Position numbers and translations under genes: made by a program. The notes beneath the pieces are model-generated. The model was not told the DNA's origin, did not search any database, and was given only the letters and a program-made list of their open reading frames with translations. A DNA stretch of 64,000 bases, taken from assembly GCA_951406725.2 (NCBI GenBank), contig OX597825.1, positions 87,482,001-87,546,000 on the forward strand. Direction: 5' to 3'. Positions 27,540-42,671 of the stretch are shown here, one piece after another. The stretch is from Octopus vulgaris. Its lineage: Eukaryota. Positions within the stretch are counted from its first letter, which is position 1. Each line of letters begins with the position of its first letter.

Positions 27540-27813
27540 AATCAATTCTTATCATAGACCATTGTATTTATCAATTGCCGAAATACTGGGGATTTGAACT
27601 CGGAGGAGAGAAAGACGTAACGAATACCACAAACCGTTTTATCTGACACCCCAATTTTTGCTGCTACCTACAGACAGGCATACAGACACACAGTCAGGCA
27701 GACACACACACACACACTCACATACAAACGCACGCACACTCATGCAGATACATACGCACACGTTCACACACACATACACACAAGCGCGCGCGCACATACG
27801 TGCATACATACAT

Positions 27814-27906
<93 letters not shown>

Positions 27907-27908
27907 TA

Positions 27909-28896
27909 CAGGGTGTCCCCAGAAATGTATGTTCACCTTGAATGTTTATACAATCAATGTTTCTGAAAATACAAGACATTTTCAAAATTTCTAAGAATAT
28001 ACAGAAATAAACTAATTTGAAGAACATCTCTTCGCAAACTGACGAATATTCTGATCCGGGCATTGCTGATAATGGACGCAGTGGAATCGCAACCACCATG
28101 GAACATTCCGTCCGATATGGGTGTGCATTATCATTCAATGACTGCTTCGGTGACTGTTGTCGGTTTTGTATGACGTAACAAGTAAATGGAATCAGTCAGA
28201 AAACCATTAAAACAGAATTGGTCAGTTATTCCTTTTGATAATAGCAGCACCATATTCTAACTCCTGGAAAATTAGCCTGAGATCCACCGAAATATGTGGA
28301 TTCTTCGGTCTCCAGTTGGTACAATTATTTATGGTTAATTTAGCCAGTTACTTTAAATGTAACCTCATCACTCCAAAGAATCTTGTTTGGAAAGTCGTCT
28401 GCACATCTTGCCGAATACGGCTCATTAAGCTCTACTCTTCAGTTCAACTCCATTCAGAGCATCTCCATTGAGAAGGTGCTTCGAAGTGCGATGGAGGCTT
28501 CATTCTAAAATTTCTATCGCGTGACTCGTTTTTAGGAAAGATTTTTTTCAACTTTTCTAAAACATTTTCAGCATAAATTCTTCGTTTGTGGGACTCGTTA
28601 ATGTTTGCAGTCTTTCAGGACGCTTCTTGCTCAAATACGGTTGCATTTGCTTTCAAGTTATCTCTAAATCCAGTAATGGCAGTCATTTATGAGGATCTGT
28701 TTTTAAGTCTGTCCTACATTGTCTTCGCCATTGGAGTGCATTTTCAGACTTTTTCTGTAACAATTTAGTGTAATTTTCCTTTGTTCAAAGTTTAGTCTGG
28801 TTCCCTTCGTTATGTCCAACGGGTTAAAACTAAAAGGAAATGAAAATTGAGTTATCAGCAGTTAAAGTGTGTATATAGCTCGTGGTGCTCACCCTA
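27909..28896 (-). mobile_element. Highly decayed Tc1/mariner-superfamily element
   Basis: TA|CAGGGTGTCCCC left end and CACCCTA right end. Minus-strand remnant FPNKILWSDEVTFK ... WRPKNPH (~28290-28400). Confidence 0.55.
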
Positions 28897-30909
28897 TCCA
28901 CACACACACACACATACACACACACACACTCACACACACACACATGTATATAGTATACATACATAGATGTGTATGTATATTTATGTACATAGCTCTGTAT
29001 ATGTATATGTTTGAGAGTATTCAAACGCACATACATGCATACATATATGCACACACATAGACATACACACACACTCACACACACGCAAACAGTCACAGAC
29101 AGATACACACACATGCTCTTATATAAATGTATGAATATATGTGTGTATATGCATTTGCAGTTGCTTTTGTTTGTGTGTGTGTGTGTGTGTGTGGGAGTGA
29201 ATATTTGCATTATAAATATTTCCGATAACCTAACAAATATGTCCCTGATAAACTATTAGTTTATGTTATACACATTAAATTATTCTATTTATTTTTTCAA
29301 ACCCTACGATATGAAATTATTCAATAAAATGGGAACTTCAATAAAAATATCCAAACAAAACAAACTAATGATCCAGCTATGATATAAAAAAAGTTGCTTT
29401 GATTTGTCTGAAGTAACTTATATCAAGGCAAACACCCGTCCCCTGTACATGCCTCACACACTCACACTGTCAAATCGGATTTGGTTGGCATTGAACGTGA
29501 TAAATGAAAAACAAAATAAATAATTAAATAAATAGTCATCTTGTGATATTTCAGCATTCTCTATTAATATTTCAGAGTTTTGATTAAGTTATCAAAACCA
29601 GGCTCGATAAATATTCTTTTTCTTTCCATTTAACAGATCTAACATTCATTCAGCCTTAAAAAATGCAAACAGGAAAAAAAAATCGAATAACTTTATATTT
29701 CCTATTTTTTCTAAATAGAAAATAAGTACAGCTTTTAGAGCAGAGCTTGCTTTCATCTGGAAACTTTGGTGAAATATGTGAAATATCTAAAGAAAATGTC
29801 AATGAATAGAAAGCGAAAAAAATTGTGTTAATCTTTGAATAACTGTCATACTTAAACGAATAGTGTGTTGGTATTATAGAAAATAAACATTTCAAAATCG
29901 AATTTTTAGTTTCCAAAGCCGTTTTTGGCCTTTTCAAAGGTGATTGAAAGATGAGAAGAAATACATATTATAGATTTTTTTGACAAAATGTTCATAGATC
30001 TCTTTAAGATCTATGAGTCGTTAGTTGTAGAAATACATTTATGAGTAATTTTCGGCATGAATTATCCTTTTTTTTAGACTCTAAGGATGCAAAAGAGTTA
30101 CGTTGAAATAAAAGTATTCCATTACCATTTCAATAACTGGGAACATAATGCGTTTTTAAATGCAGTTTGCTGACAGCGTTTTTATTGAAATACTTAAACA
30201 GGACAATATTAAGTTTAGAAATGTTAACAGTTTATAAGGATATCATTTTGAAACCGAGTAATTATGTACAGCGTAAAGGAAGACGAACAAATAGTTTGGG
30301 GTCGATTCTGGATAAAGAAAGAATAAAAACCTCTTTAACTTTGGAAAAGGAATAATTAAATGGAAACGGTTAGGCTAGAACTGGAAGATTATGATTTTAA
30401 TAAAATGTATTTAAAACAGACGGATAAATTCTAAGGCTTTGAAAGCAATGCAACCCGACGAAAGAGAAAATATTGAAGTGGAGCAAAGGTTAGAAATTTA
30501 CCGGGAGCTCACATCCCCGTCTATAATCAGGGGTCACCGAACCTACAATGGAATATTGCTTCATTATACGGTAATAGTACGAAGTCATAGTTTACACTAA
30601 GTATCGAGCTGTGCTGTCAGCAAAGGTTCTGAATATTGTTCATTGTAGAGATGTAAAAAGTTGTATACTCTAGTGCAGTTTTCATTAAGATCATTTCATG
30701 TTGTATGGAAAGAAGAAAGAGGAAAAGAGATAAAGATTTAAAACAAAACCATGGATAGGGTTAAGGATAGACTGAGAAAAAGAGAGAGAGAGAGAGAAGA
30801 GAGGGATAGACTAGAACACATATATTCATAGGATGATAGATTTGTATATACACATATGTTTATTATATTGCAACAAAATCTAAAGATCTATTTTCCATTC
30901 TTTTTCCAG

Positions 30910-30961
30910 CTTTCCCAGCAGGAATACTCCAGTTACCGTTTTATGACAAACAGCAGCCATC
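30910..30961 (+). CDS. Neprilysin-family exon (SFPAGILQLPFYDKQQP)
   Basis: Seen: pyrimidine tract ttttccag| and donor |gtacgt, 52 bp, phase matches both neighbours. Known: FPAGILQ is an M13 hallmark. Confidence 0.93.
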
Positions 30962-31244
30962 GTACGTCAATTTCCTTTATCCTCTCTTCGTCTCCTGCAA
31001 ATCTATCTTCAAATATATTCTATTGATTTTGTTCATATGTTTGCTCCTCGCGCAACACAAAGCCTTACACGAACATTTATTCATACTTTCATATGTATTC
31101 ATGTATGCACTCGTAACATATATGTATATAAACATGTATATTTATATATATATATATATATATATCTATATATATATATATATAAATCCTTGCGGATCTA
31201 TCTCTAGCGTAAGAGCGTCCACATAGTGGATTATCTCTCATATT

Positions 31245-31288
<44 letters not shown>

Positions 31289-31371
31289 TAAATATGTATA
31301 TATGTATATATATATATGTGTGTGCGTATGTGTGTGTGTGTGTTGCGTGTGTATACATGTATGTATCATGC

Positions 31372-31436
<65 letters not shown>

Positions 31437-32559
31437 TATAAATATACGTATTCATATATATGTGCGTCTGCGCGCGTACGCTTGTAATATTATGTAATAT
31501 AATATATAGTATTTCTTTTATTTTGGTCTAATCAGTTACTTGATACGCCAGAGTTTCGCCTGAGCATTCACAGGATCATCAGGCCGAGAGCTCGACCAAA
31601 ATAGAAGAGACTTATTCTCTACAATAGTGTTGAGTACACTTCTTTCCGACTGTGAGCATTAAAGGTGTATATATATATACATGGTCTGATCAATAAATAT
31701 GTGAACTGTTGTCATAGTAACGACAGAAAAGAACAAGGGCAGGTCATTAGGAGCTTTCAATCTTCGGTCGAGAAGCAGATCGTCTTTGTAGTTTCGTTCG
31801 GTTAATCTTGAGACTGCTCTAATCAGGCAGGTCCCAAGGAAATCTAAGCTAAGAGCACAAGATTCTTTGTAAGGAAGCAAGCTAATATATATGAAAACAA
31901 GGACGAAAAACAAAGAAAAACAAAACAAAAACAGGGAAATGGTGCACAATTACAAATACAAACAACAGGTGTCTTTCGACTTGGGACGAATTGAAATAAG
32001 GTGTCGTGTGTGGAAGTGAAGCCTTACGGCAGAGACATAGATAAGGGTCATGGCAAGAAATACGAGAGATGCTACACGGATAGTAGTCAAACCAAGAAAG
32101 AATGGTCAGGCTTGGCTGAACAACGGTCTCGTGGAGGAGGGGAAACAGGTAGTGGGTATATATGTATATATATATATATGTATCAATTTGTAAGTTTGAA
32201 GGGATATGTTATCCTGGAGGATACCGTGATAGCTCTCAGGTGTGCTCCAGGTTACGGCTAGCCGCATCGATTAGTATTTAACGTCTATGACTACGAGATG
32301 TTGTCGCTTGTCACTCACGCTGTAAATTGCTCCGATGAATAATTCCATGTTCGCTTCACTGGATGGTAATATTATCCTATTAAAGAGAATATTGATAATG
32401 GTAAACCGGGTGACTGGACAGGAATGGTCAATAGCAGAAGAGACTGGAACACTAGTATCAACATTGTACTCAGTGTAGTGGTGAGTGGTAATACAGTAAG
32501 GAGCAGCAGTCAAGGAAAGACAACTTCAACACAAGCCTTTACCTCCTCAAGATAGGTCA

Positions 32560-33705
32560 CGGGAATCGCTAAAAATAGCACTCACAAACACCTATAAAGA
32601 GAAAGATTAGGAGAAATGGTAAATTGATAAAAAATGAGGGGAACAGAAACATGTAGTAGAAACTACAACCAAAAAGATAACAGTGACAGGGAATTAGATC
32701 TCTGTAATTGTGCTGGGAATGAAGTATGCCCCATAAACTCTAGCTGTTTGACGAAGAGCCTTGTATACCGATGCAAAATCACTTCTGAGGAAAGGACGTA
32801 CTTCTATATTGGGGACAGCTTGCTATATTATAAAAAAAGACGAGCTAATCTTTCAAATTCATTTAGAGATAGAAGTAAGAAGTGCAGAAGCTTAAGCAAT
32901 CTAAGATTTACCACTGAGTGGGTGATAATTAGTACGACTAAACCGTATCAAACAAGAGGAAACAGATGTGAGTTATATATAGAAGAAATGTAGCAAATCT
33001 TTACATCGAAATACAAATTACTTTCTAGCAGTCAGGAATACGCCTTCAGATGCTTACATAAACATACCAAAACATTTAAGAAATTTAACACACGTTCTAG
33101 ATAACTCAATATCCAACCCACAGATGGGTGAGGCGGGTAGAAGCACTTATCCTAAACTTCTCAAATACATGGTCTTTTTTAACTAACCTCCTCTCTACTA
33201 CCCAGCATAAATATCTGAATAACTAAGAACAGTACATAAAACTGAACCAGTGTAAAATAAAATACATTACAAGATCTACACTTGAAAGTAAGCTTATTAA
33301 GTTCCTATCGAGTACAGAAGAAAACTGCCAAAGCAAGAACATAAGCATTTACCTAATTAGATCTAACCTGACGTTGGTCAGCAGCCGGTGTGAAACTGAG
33401 AGATCAACCGCACTAGTTTATAAACAGAGCAGATTTTAGTTTCAAAACAAACCTCCGTTCGTTTCTCTCTCAAACATGAGAAATAAACAGGTGGTTGATT
33501 TCAGTTCGATTCGAGCCAAGCTGGTTGAAAGACTGAACGCAGCTGCACAGGAAATTGTGCCCAGCTGCATATGCAACAACAACACATACTATTATGTGCC
33601 GCGGAAACACGTGTAGGGAGTCGTAACCTTAAAGATCGAGTGTATGGCATTGGAAAATAAAAGGAAATAAGTTTTGACGATATACCTGTTTCCATATTCT
33701 CTATC
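32560..33705 (+). mobile_element. Decayed 3' part of a second PLE family (GIY-YIG endonuclease + 3' region) ending in (TA)n
   Basis: ORF 32634..32993: CNC..CPINSSCLTKSLVYRC...FYIG...SF...RCELYIEE, a GIY-YIG with a Cys-rich lead-in. Hammerhead-like remnant at 33533-33620. Confidence 0.75.
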
Positions 33706-33739
<34 letters not shown>

Positions 33740-35285
33740 GTATATATGTAATGATGTAAATGTTATAATCCATGTTTGAGAACAGGGTTTCCAGCTAGCA
33801 TTATCATTGTTTGTTAGAATTAATGAAAGCTGAGAGTTTTAAAGAATATAACCACGACATAAGGAGTACAAATCGTAGATAATATTTTCAAGGCTGCTTA
33901 TTAATTAGCTTGAGTTTTGTAACTTTTACTAAAAGTAAGCAATTATTAAATTCTCCACGGTGTAAGAAATTCGTATAAATGTCAATTTTAAAATATTTAA
34001 AAAAATAAAATGCGGTTTCAAAAGTTCCTTTATTATTGAATATTTCAACGTCACAGTTTAATGAGTAAAGCAATTTTACTTACTGCAACACAATGGCTGT
34101 TAACGTCTTTGTCTATACTTCTGAAAATACAAATGTTGCCTAAATATTTGTGATGCTACTTTCTACAAACATATCAGTAAAAACATTAGTCCAATTATAA
34201 GTTTAATCCAGCGCCAGCCAAATCGTGTTGATTCCAGTATTCTTTCATATCAGTTGAATATCGTTGAAGAAATAGAAAGCTGAATAAAAAAAAGTGGTTT
34301 TAATTTATTTACATCAATTATACCAAATGTAAGTTAACAAAATACCGGAATTCTTCATAAATTCGAACGCTGTCTTTGAGTGCATGGTATTATTCTAAAT
34401 TTATATTACTCGGCGACTGACGATTATTAAATGAATAAAAAATGAACAAATGACATAAAAAAAGAAAATTAGACGTAAATATCAGAAAAAATACACTAAT
34501 TGAAAATATCTAAATATTATTTAGCGACTAAGAGAAAATCGCCTTCAGGGTGGTCTTTCTGGTAGTGTTATGGGATAATCGCAAAAGAAAATGTAATGTA
34601 AATTCTATTAAAGTGAGCTGAACCTCGAAAATGAAGAGTTCAACGAAAACAAAAAAAAAAGCTTATGAAGTGGTATTTCCTAAATCTAAGAAATCTAAGA
34701 AATCTGAAAATTATGTTATGTGACAAAATTCAATGAAACGTTACACACATATTACTAGGGAAAATAATTATATTAATTGATTGGCGGGGTGAGGGCAAGC
34801 AGTAATTAACTTAAAAACCATTATTTGAACGTACTGAAGATAGACCGCAGGTGTTTGTACGGAATTAAGAAGAGCAAGGTGATGGAGGAAGAGCAAGGGC
34901 CAAGTTGCTACGGATAAGAGGAACAAGTTTTCCTAATGTGTTTATTCGCTTCTACACGAATCTAATTCTTTGATTTTTTCCTTCCTTAATTCCATCCATC
35001 CATTCCGTCGCTCTTCCTTTCCCTCCTCCTCGCTTTCCGTCTTCCCTCTCCCCTTCAGACGGTCATACTAGGCAGAGATTACTTTTCTCTTATTAGTCTA
35101 GCGAAGATCAACATTTTCGAAGCATATCAGTGAACTCGTGAACGAATGCTGGAATGAAAATACTACACAGACACACAGACTCACACACACACATAAACAG
35201 ATGCACGTGATCACGCACGCATACACACACACGCACATATATGTATGCATATGAGTGTGTATGCGCATGTGTATATATATGTATA

Positions 35286-35342
<57 letters not shown>

Positions 35343-35690
35343 GTGCACACAGACAGTGTAAAGAAAGAAGAGGTGGAACATACAATTCTTTACAATGTTC
35401 ATTGTTTTTCGTCACGTATTTCTTCAAAAATTATTTAATACGGCCTCAGTGTTTAGAACTCTTCAATCAATAGATCAGAGAGAAAATAAAGGTTTTTCTT
35501 TCTTATTTAAATGTCTTGCATTTTCAATACAATACTTTCTGGTTTTCAAACGCCTACAGACTGCCTAAACATATAAAAGATACAAATACACGTGTACGTA
35601 TACATTTAAAGATATATACATATATGCATATAAACATACGTATGTGTATGTATGTATATGTGAGTGTGTGTTTGTGTGTGTAAAGGTGTA

Positions 35691-35724
<34 letters not shown>

Positions 35725-35725
35725 C

Positions 35726-35800
<75 letters not shown>

Positions 35801-36051
35801 CACACACACACATATATATATATGTATATAAGTATATAGATACGCGAAATACAAACACAGTGTTTTGTAAAAGGTCAAACGATTTGAACATGAGCGTAAA
35901 TTGGTTTCTTCGTCACAGAAAAATTCAATGTTAAAGTTATGGATATTGAATACAACAACAACAACTACTGGAACTGCTGCTGCTACTGCTGCCCCTACTA
36001 CTATCAGTTAACTACACCACAATCAACAACAACACTAGCAATAATAATAAT

Positions 36052-36320
36052 CCTTTTTATTATAGACCCAAGGTGTGAAATTTTGAAGGACTGGGCTTAG
36101 TCGATTACATCGACCTCAGTGTACCACTGGTATTCTGCCAGCTCGCAGAAGAAAGATAAGAAGAATGGTTTCAAATTCAGGCCAGCAATTCCGGGGGTAG
36201 GGGCAAGTCGATTACATCGATCTCCAGTGCTCAATTGGAACTGATTTTATCGATCCTGAAATGATAAAAGGCAAAGTCGACCTCGGTAGAATTGGAACTC
36301 AGAACGAAAAGATGGACAAA
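36052..36320 (-). mobile_element. Two adjacent or nested SINE fragments
   Basis: Two copies of agtcgattacatcga..ccagtg; the second continues gataaaaggcaaagtcgacctcgg.agaatt.gaactcagaacg. Confidence 0.7.
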
Positions 36321-37698
36321 GGAAGGCCCTGAGGGAACCTATACAAATTCTATCAAATAATTCCACACAGATATTAAACAAGCAACACCAAAACTCCTCT
36401 GCGTATTTCCATAAATATTTGAAATCATTCAAGTATTACCACTGGTCGAATTGTGGTGAAACAATTACTTCTGACCCTCACTAAAGTATAGTTTAAACAT
36501 CATATAAGCTCACTTAATTAAATTATATCTACAGTATCACCACATCCTTCTTTATTTTATAGATTCTGATTCTTTCCATTAATTTATATTTCATATGTCT
36601 CACCTAGATTACAACTAATCGAATACCTTTTCCGTTACAACACTATTGTTATTAATTAAACACCACCAGGCATTCTCTTCTCACACCACGGAGTGATACA
36701 CTGTGCAATAGAATATATGTAATCAAATTAACTTTCCTGATCATTTTCATTAATTTACTTATATCTATTTTTCATTGTCCATTATCACTATATTTCCTTC
36801 ATCTAAGGACCCTAAAACTTCATTCAGCTTAATAAATAGATACCATTTATGTATTTATTTTAGATGCGTCATCTTTGTTTTTCTTCGATTCCTGACAAGG
36901 AAATCCCTTCATTAACACTAAAAAATTTTATTTTTTAATTAATATTATGGGTATCTACTTCTAGCACCATTATAACCTGGTGAACCCTAATTTCACTTTA
37001 CCTCTTGTAGTATTACGCCCACTATACATCAAGATCTTCATTATTTTGTACATCTACTCCATTACCATCATAATACCCATCGCTCCTACTGTTGCCATCT
37101 TTGAATCCTGGCCAGTGCTAGTGGTCAGTTAGACGATGGAAGTTTCTCATATCTGCTATTCTTCATCCATTTATCTACCTGTCAATGAATATGCAGCCCC
37201 TAACCCCTTTCGATTGGCATACCATCAATATACTATCTATTCAACATTTCCTCCATTCTGTAGTATATTGTTCCTACTCGACCCTCATTCACTCTCTATT
37301 CGAGAATGGAACTAGTAACTTCCACTATTCCTTAGCATGGGTTATCATCGAACATTCTCGTTTGAAACTGCTAAGGGACCTTGCCCATAACTTTACTAAT
37401 TATTTGATCGTGGAACTGCGTAACAAATACCTAGTTTACTCTGATCCTTCCTTCACGTTTGACAAATTGGAATATACTAGTACACCCCATTGGGGATAAT
37501 TCCTAAGTTTTATATTTTTCTGGCTTCTCCCTCATTGATTATCGCTTACTCAGATCATGGAATCCGTACTAAGTGACAAGATCCACATACTTGGCTATTC
37601 TAGAAACAGCTGTAAGAGACTCGATGTTTATATTCTCTATCGGAATTAAATAGCTTTTCGTGTGGTGCCAAACGTTTTGCTTTTTCATCTTTTATTTT

Positions 37699-37773
<75 letters not shown>

Positions 37774-37780
37774 GCTATCG

Positions 37781-37818
<38 letters not shown>

Positions 37819-38372
37819 TTATGAGTGTGTATGTGTGTATACATCTATCTGTCTGTCTGCTTGTCAGCCTACCTACCTACCTACCTACCTACCTACCTAC
37901 CTACCTACCTACCTACCTACCTACCTACCAACATACCTACCTATCTATCTGTCTGTTTGTCTGTCTCTCTTCTCGGTTGAACTTCAAATTCTTAGCAACT
38001 TTCATTCTTTTTACTATAGTACTTGTTAAAAATTCTTCAATTCGCCGTAAACGTTTAGAATTCCGCAAACAATTGTTCGCTGGAAAATAAATATTTATTT
38101 GGTTTTTATTTAAATGTCGTAGATTGTACATACAATACATTTTGGTTTTTAAACACCTACAGATTGTCTAAATATACTAAAGATGGGAATATATATTTGT
38201 TGAAACAAAAGCACACTTTGTTGTTAGAAATACATTTTGTTAAATGTCAGCTGACGTGAAAATCAACGATAATTAGTTAATTCGTCAACATTAATTTCGC
38301 AGAGATTCTGTTAATGAGTTCTAAAGTCAAAGAATCCAGAACATTTCTTGTGTAAGTTCACTTTCAAGAGAG

Positions 38373-38706
<334 letters not shown>

Positions 38707-39850
38707 ATAATTATAATTATAATGATAGCACGAAATCAAGAGAGCAGACTATATTTGGACGAAAACAAGTTAGCAAATGTTAAGGAAGGATATCTTCAGA
38801 AATAAAAGACTCACAGATAGTGAAATAACTGCTAGTTCTACGGGGTTCAATATCTCCCGGTGCCGGTTCTTCAAACATATCATAGAAAACTCCCATTGCT
38901 ATCATCCTTCGTTCTTCTCTATGTCTCATCTTTTCTTCTGTATGTCCCATATTTTCTTCCGTGTGTCCATGTTTATTATTGAAATATCACTTCCAGTATC
39001 CAGTTTAATATGTATTCCATTTATTTTCACGTGCTGATTTTTGTTTATGCTGACAGCACTCTAGGATTTTTAACGTTTGACCTTTGTAATTTTATTTTGC
39101 AGTGTGAACTCCTGTAACCAATTCTTTTGCAACTGTAGCATTTTTGATGTTTAAATTAACAGTCTTTTCTGAAATATATTCCCCCACATCCATAACATGG
39201 TTTAGGACGTGGCGCTCTTTTTTGGTTGTACTTTTCCCGGTCGGTACATCTGTATTTTTGAGGAATCCTTTCCTTGAATTTTTTCAACATTGTGTTTCGG
39301 GTTAACCATCCTTTGGCATTCTACTGCCAGGGAGTGTATGGTTAGGTCTTGGTTTGCTTGTTCCAATTAAGAAAGAATTCTTACCCGAATTTCTGTATCT
39401 TCGCTTGCTGTAAGATCTTGTACGAAAATAAGACACTTGAACATCTCAGAGTTCTCTGAGTTTAAAACATACCAAGTGATGAGTAAGTCAATATGAAAGG
39501 TATAGAGAAAATGGCTAGGTACCCAGGACCAAGTTACTGACTTACAGAGACAAAGGAAAGTGCGGGTAAAATGTATCCCCGTAATTATAATTGCATTAGT
39601 AAGCATCCCTAAAGATTTGAACAGACGGATAGAGGAAATAGGCAAAAAACCTGAGGGCAAGGGTTTTGTTTTTTATAGAGACAAAATGCCAGATTTCTTC
39701 TAGAGGTGGGCATGAGTGGTGTGGGAGTGGGGATGGGGGTTCAAGGTTAATCTCTGAAATTGATTCCGTTGCTTGAATGGTACTTTATTTTATTGACCTT
39801 GGCGGGAATAGTGTAACGCTATTCAAATAGTTCTCTCGCCGCACAGAATA

Positions 39851-39897
<47 letters not shown>

Positions 39898-39909
<12 letters not shown>

Positions 39910-40145
39910 CAAAACAATGATTTCCTGTGAAATTGTTATTTAAGCAATGCATTGCAGGTTTAACATGACCATTCAATCACGACACACACACACACACACA
40001 TACACACACACACATGTATGTCTATGTGCACGTATGCCTATGTACGCGTGTGTGTCTGTGTCGTGATTGAATGGTCATATTAAACCTGCAATGCATTGCT
40101 TAAATAACAATTTCACAGGAAATCATTGTTTTGTTGTGTGTGTGT
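39898..40145. repeat. Inverted repeat, ~95-bp arms, CA/TG-rich spacer
   Basis: caacaaaacaatgatttcctgtg...attcaatcacgac mirrored at 40048-40145, with one mismatch in the unique part. Confidence 0.92.
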
Positions 40146-40422
40146 TTTCTGAATCGATCTCGTGGTGACCCAGCACTGTTATACGCAAGATATCTGTTAG
40201 AGTGGTACGTACTTCTATTGATTGCAATCAAAGGTATCATCAATACATTATCTCACATCTGTTTTACACAGGTGTGTGTACAAGTGATCTTCTGGCTTCA
40301 CGTGGCGTTGATAGCTTATTGAATTCTATCAAATGTACATCATTTGTTCAGTTCATGGAAAAAATTCTGTGCGGCTGCTGCACTTATTAAATGCATTACA
40401 AATATATATTAACGATGAAGGT

Positions 40423-41070
40423 AGTATTCACAAAGACAAGGAATTATTTATCACCATTTGAACATGGCTGTTCTGTTAGAACAAGTTATACCGCGGTAGA
40501 TACTACGAGAGAAACTCTCTTATTGGCTTCAAGTGCAAGTCGAGCGTCCATCATTGACAAAACCAAGGAAGGCTGAGATCACGTGATCTGGTGGTGTCGG
40601 TGCTGGACGTGGCGGAGATTTCTCTGCCCGCTAGCGTTATAAACAAGGGCACATTTTGCACCAAAAGCCAAACTGAGGGTGCCTCCATTGGTATCTACCG
40701 TAGTATAGTTTCTTCTAACATACAATCGACATTTAAGTGGGCATAAATATTACCTCGCAATATGAATACTGTCTCTGTCTCTAATTCTATTTCTTTTAAC
40801 AAGCTCACTGGCTAATCGCGACACCAGTACTGCTATTCTATATATCGCTGGTTAGGGGATGAGTCGCTGCTATTTCTAGCGGTCGTGTGTCCATCATTTA
40901 CAAGGTCAAGGAAGGTCGAAGTTACGTGTTCTGTGGGTGGCGGGGATTTCTCTCCCCGCTAGCAATGTAAGTTAGAATGAATTTTCCACCAAAAGTCAAT
41001 AAGAGAGTGTATCTCGTGGTATCTGTCGCAGTATAGATTGTTCCGAAGTTTAAGTGGCGATAAATATTAA
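40423..41070. repeat. Diverged MITE-like fold-back (40423-40770) plus a tandem partial copy (40890-41070)
   Basis: Termini AGTATTCA / TGAATACT. tgttagaacaagttataccgcggtagatac is mirrored by gtatctaccgtagtatagtttcttctaaca; 40550-40750 is repeated at 40890-41070. Confidence 0.65.
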
Positions 41071-41323
41071 GTGCATAACGTTTAAGGGGAGTTTCTATTA
41101 GGATGATTATACAAAAACAAACAAAAGACAAAAATCATTTCGCAATACAAAATAAGCGTTGCTAATTAGCATCATTTTAGAGATAGGTTTATGTTTAGTG
41201 TTGTGATATATCTTAGAAACAACGAACCGCCTGGCCTTGATAGATAATTTTCGTTTATTTCTTATTTCCTAATTTCAAATATAATTCTTCGATGCCTGAT
41301 CCAAACACATCTTCTTTAATTTC

Positions 41324-41542
41324 TTAACATTTAAACTGGTCATATTCAGCCAAAATATTCTACTTGTTTTAAGTTCAAACTGGGCCACATTCAGGCCTTC
41401 AGGTCTACCGCAAAGTGCCAGTCTAAAAGTACAGAATCACATCATCAAAATCTCAAAATTGCAAAATAATGCAGGATGAATTAAAAATGATGTGAATAAA
41501 TAAGCTTCGCATTTGACAATAATCTGAAAGCGGAAGGGTTAA
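41324..41542. mobile_element. Possible piggyBac-type MITE remnant
   Basis: Right end AAGGG|TTAA fits a piggyBac terminus; the left TTAA end is poorly preserved. Confidence 0.3.
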
Positions 41543-42604
41543 ACAGAAGTTAGACTATAACCTCGTCCGTGAAATCGGCCTTCCATAATCTCACTTGTTA
41601 ATCCCAGTTTCCTCAGCGTCAAGGGGTTAAACCTATGTAGCGGTGGCCATAATACAAGTCTTCTAGAGCGATCAACCTGGAACGGTCCTGTGCCTAACCT
41701 TGTCTGTCGGTTGAGATGGAACAATTCGTGTTAGAGCCAAAGCCACAAAGAAACGAATGATTTTGGTTCCGATTCATTGATGAAAACCTAATATGTACAA
41801 CGGTTTCTCCCACATGATAAAACAAAGCCACATAAGGTGAGACGATACAATATACACACATTCTGGAAAGCGAAATTATGATGGTCAACGCAGTTTTATT
41901 AACAGAAGCGAAATGAAATAACTTCAATAACCATTACGTTCGAAATTATTGCATTCTAGTTTTTGTACATTTTTTAGCCTTTGCTCTACAGCGTCCTTTA
42001 GGCGATGTTGTTTCTCGCTTTTTCTGTCCCGGCGAATAATATTACAACAATGAAAGTAGATATAACCACAAAGTGACGATGAGAATTTATGATTTTTTGC
42101 TTTATATTTCTTTCAATAATTCATTATTGGAACATACTAATTCGTTGAGCTTTGAAGAAAATAAATAAATAATTTTATAACTGCATCCTAACAAACGTCA
42201 CTAAGTAATTGTCTGGAGTAATCGCTGAAAGAAAATTTGTCTGATAAATATAAATATAAACGTTATTAGATATAACATAAAGTCCAATTAACATCAAAAG
42301 TAGGTATCTGTAATAGGCCGACAGAAATATGTTATTGGCTTCTGAGGTTGGACGCTGCGAGGACGAAAGTTTATTACAAACATTCATATAAAATTGCATC
42401 GCATCGTTTGCTGAATGATTACAAAACATTCAGCAGCTATGGTAAACAAAAAATGTAATTAAAAAGTTCCAGACGCAATTCCTGTTAGTTGCAGAGGAGA
42501 AGATAATATCGAATAACTGCCGCCACATAAATGGGTCTATCTTTCACACTCTCACACTGCATCCACGCACACAGACCTATATGCATACACATCACATATG
42601 GTTT

Positions 42605-42671
<67 letters not shown>

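Noticed and set aside
36330-37510. Possible decayed LINE RT (also ~730-1015, 30060-30800, 38780-39360, 46000-47000)
   Set aside because: Composition is suggestive, but I found no motif I can defend by eye.
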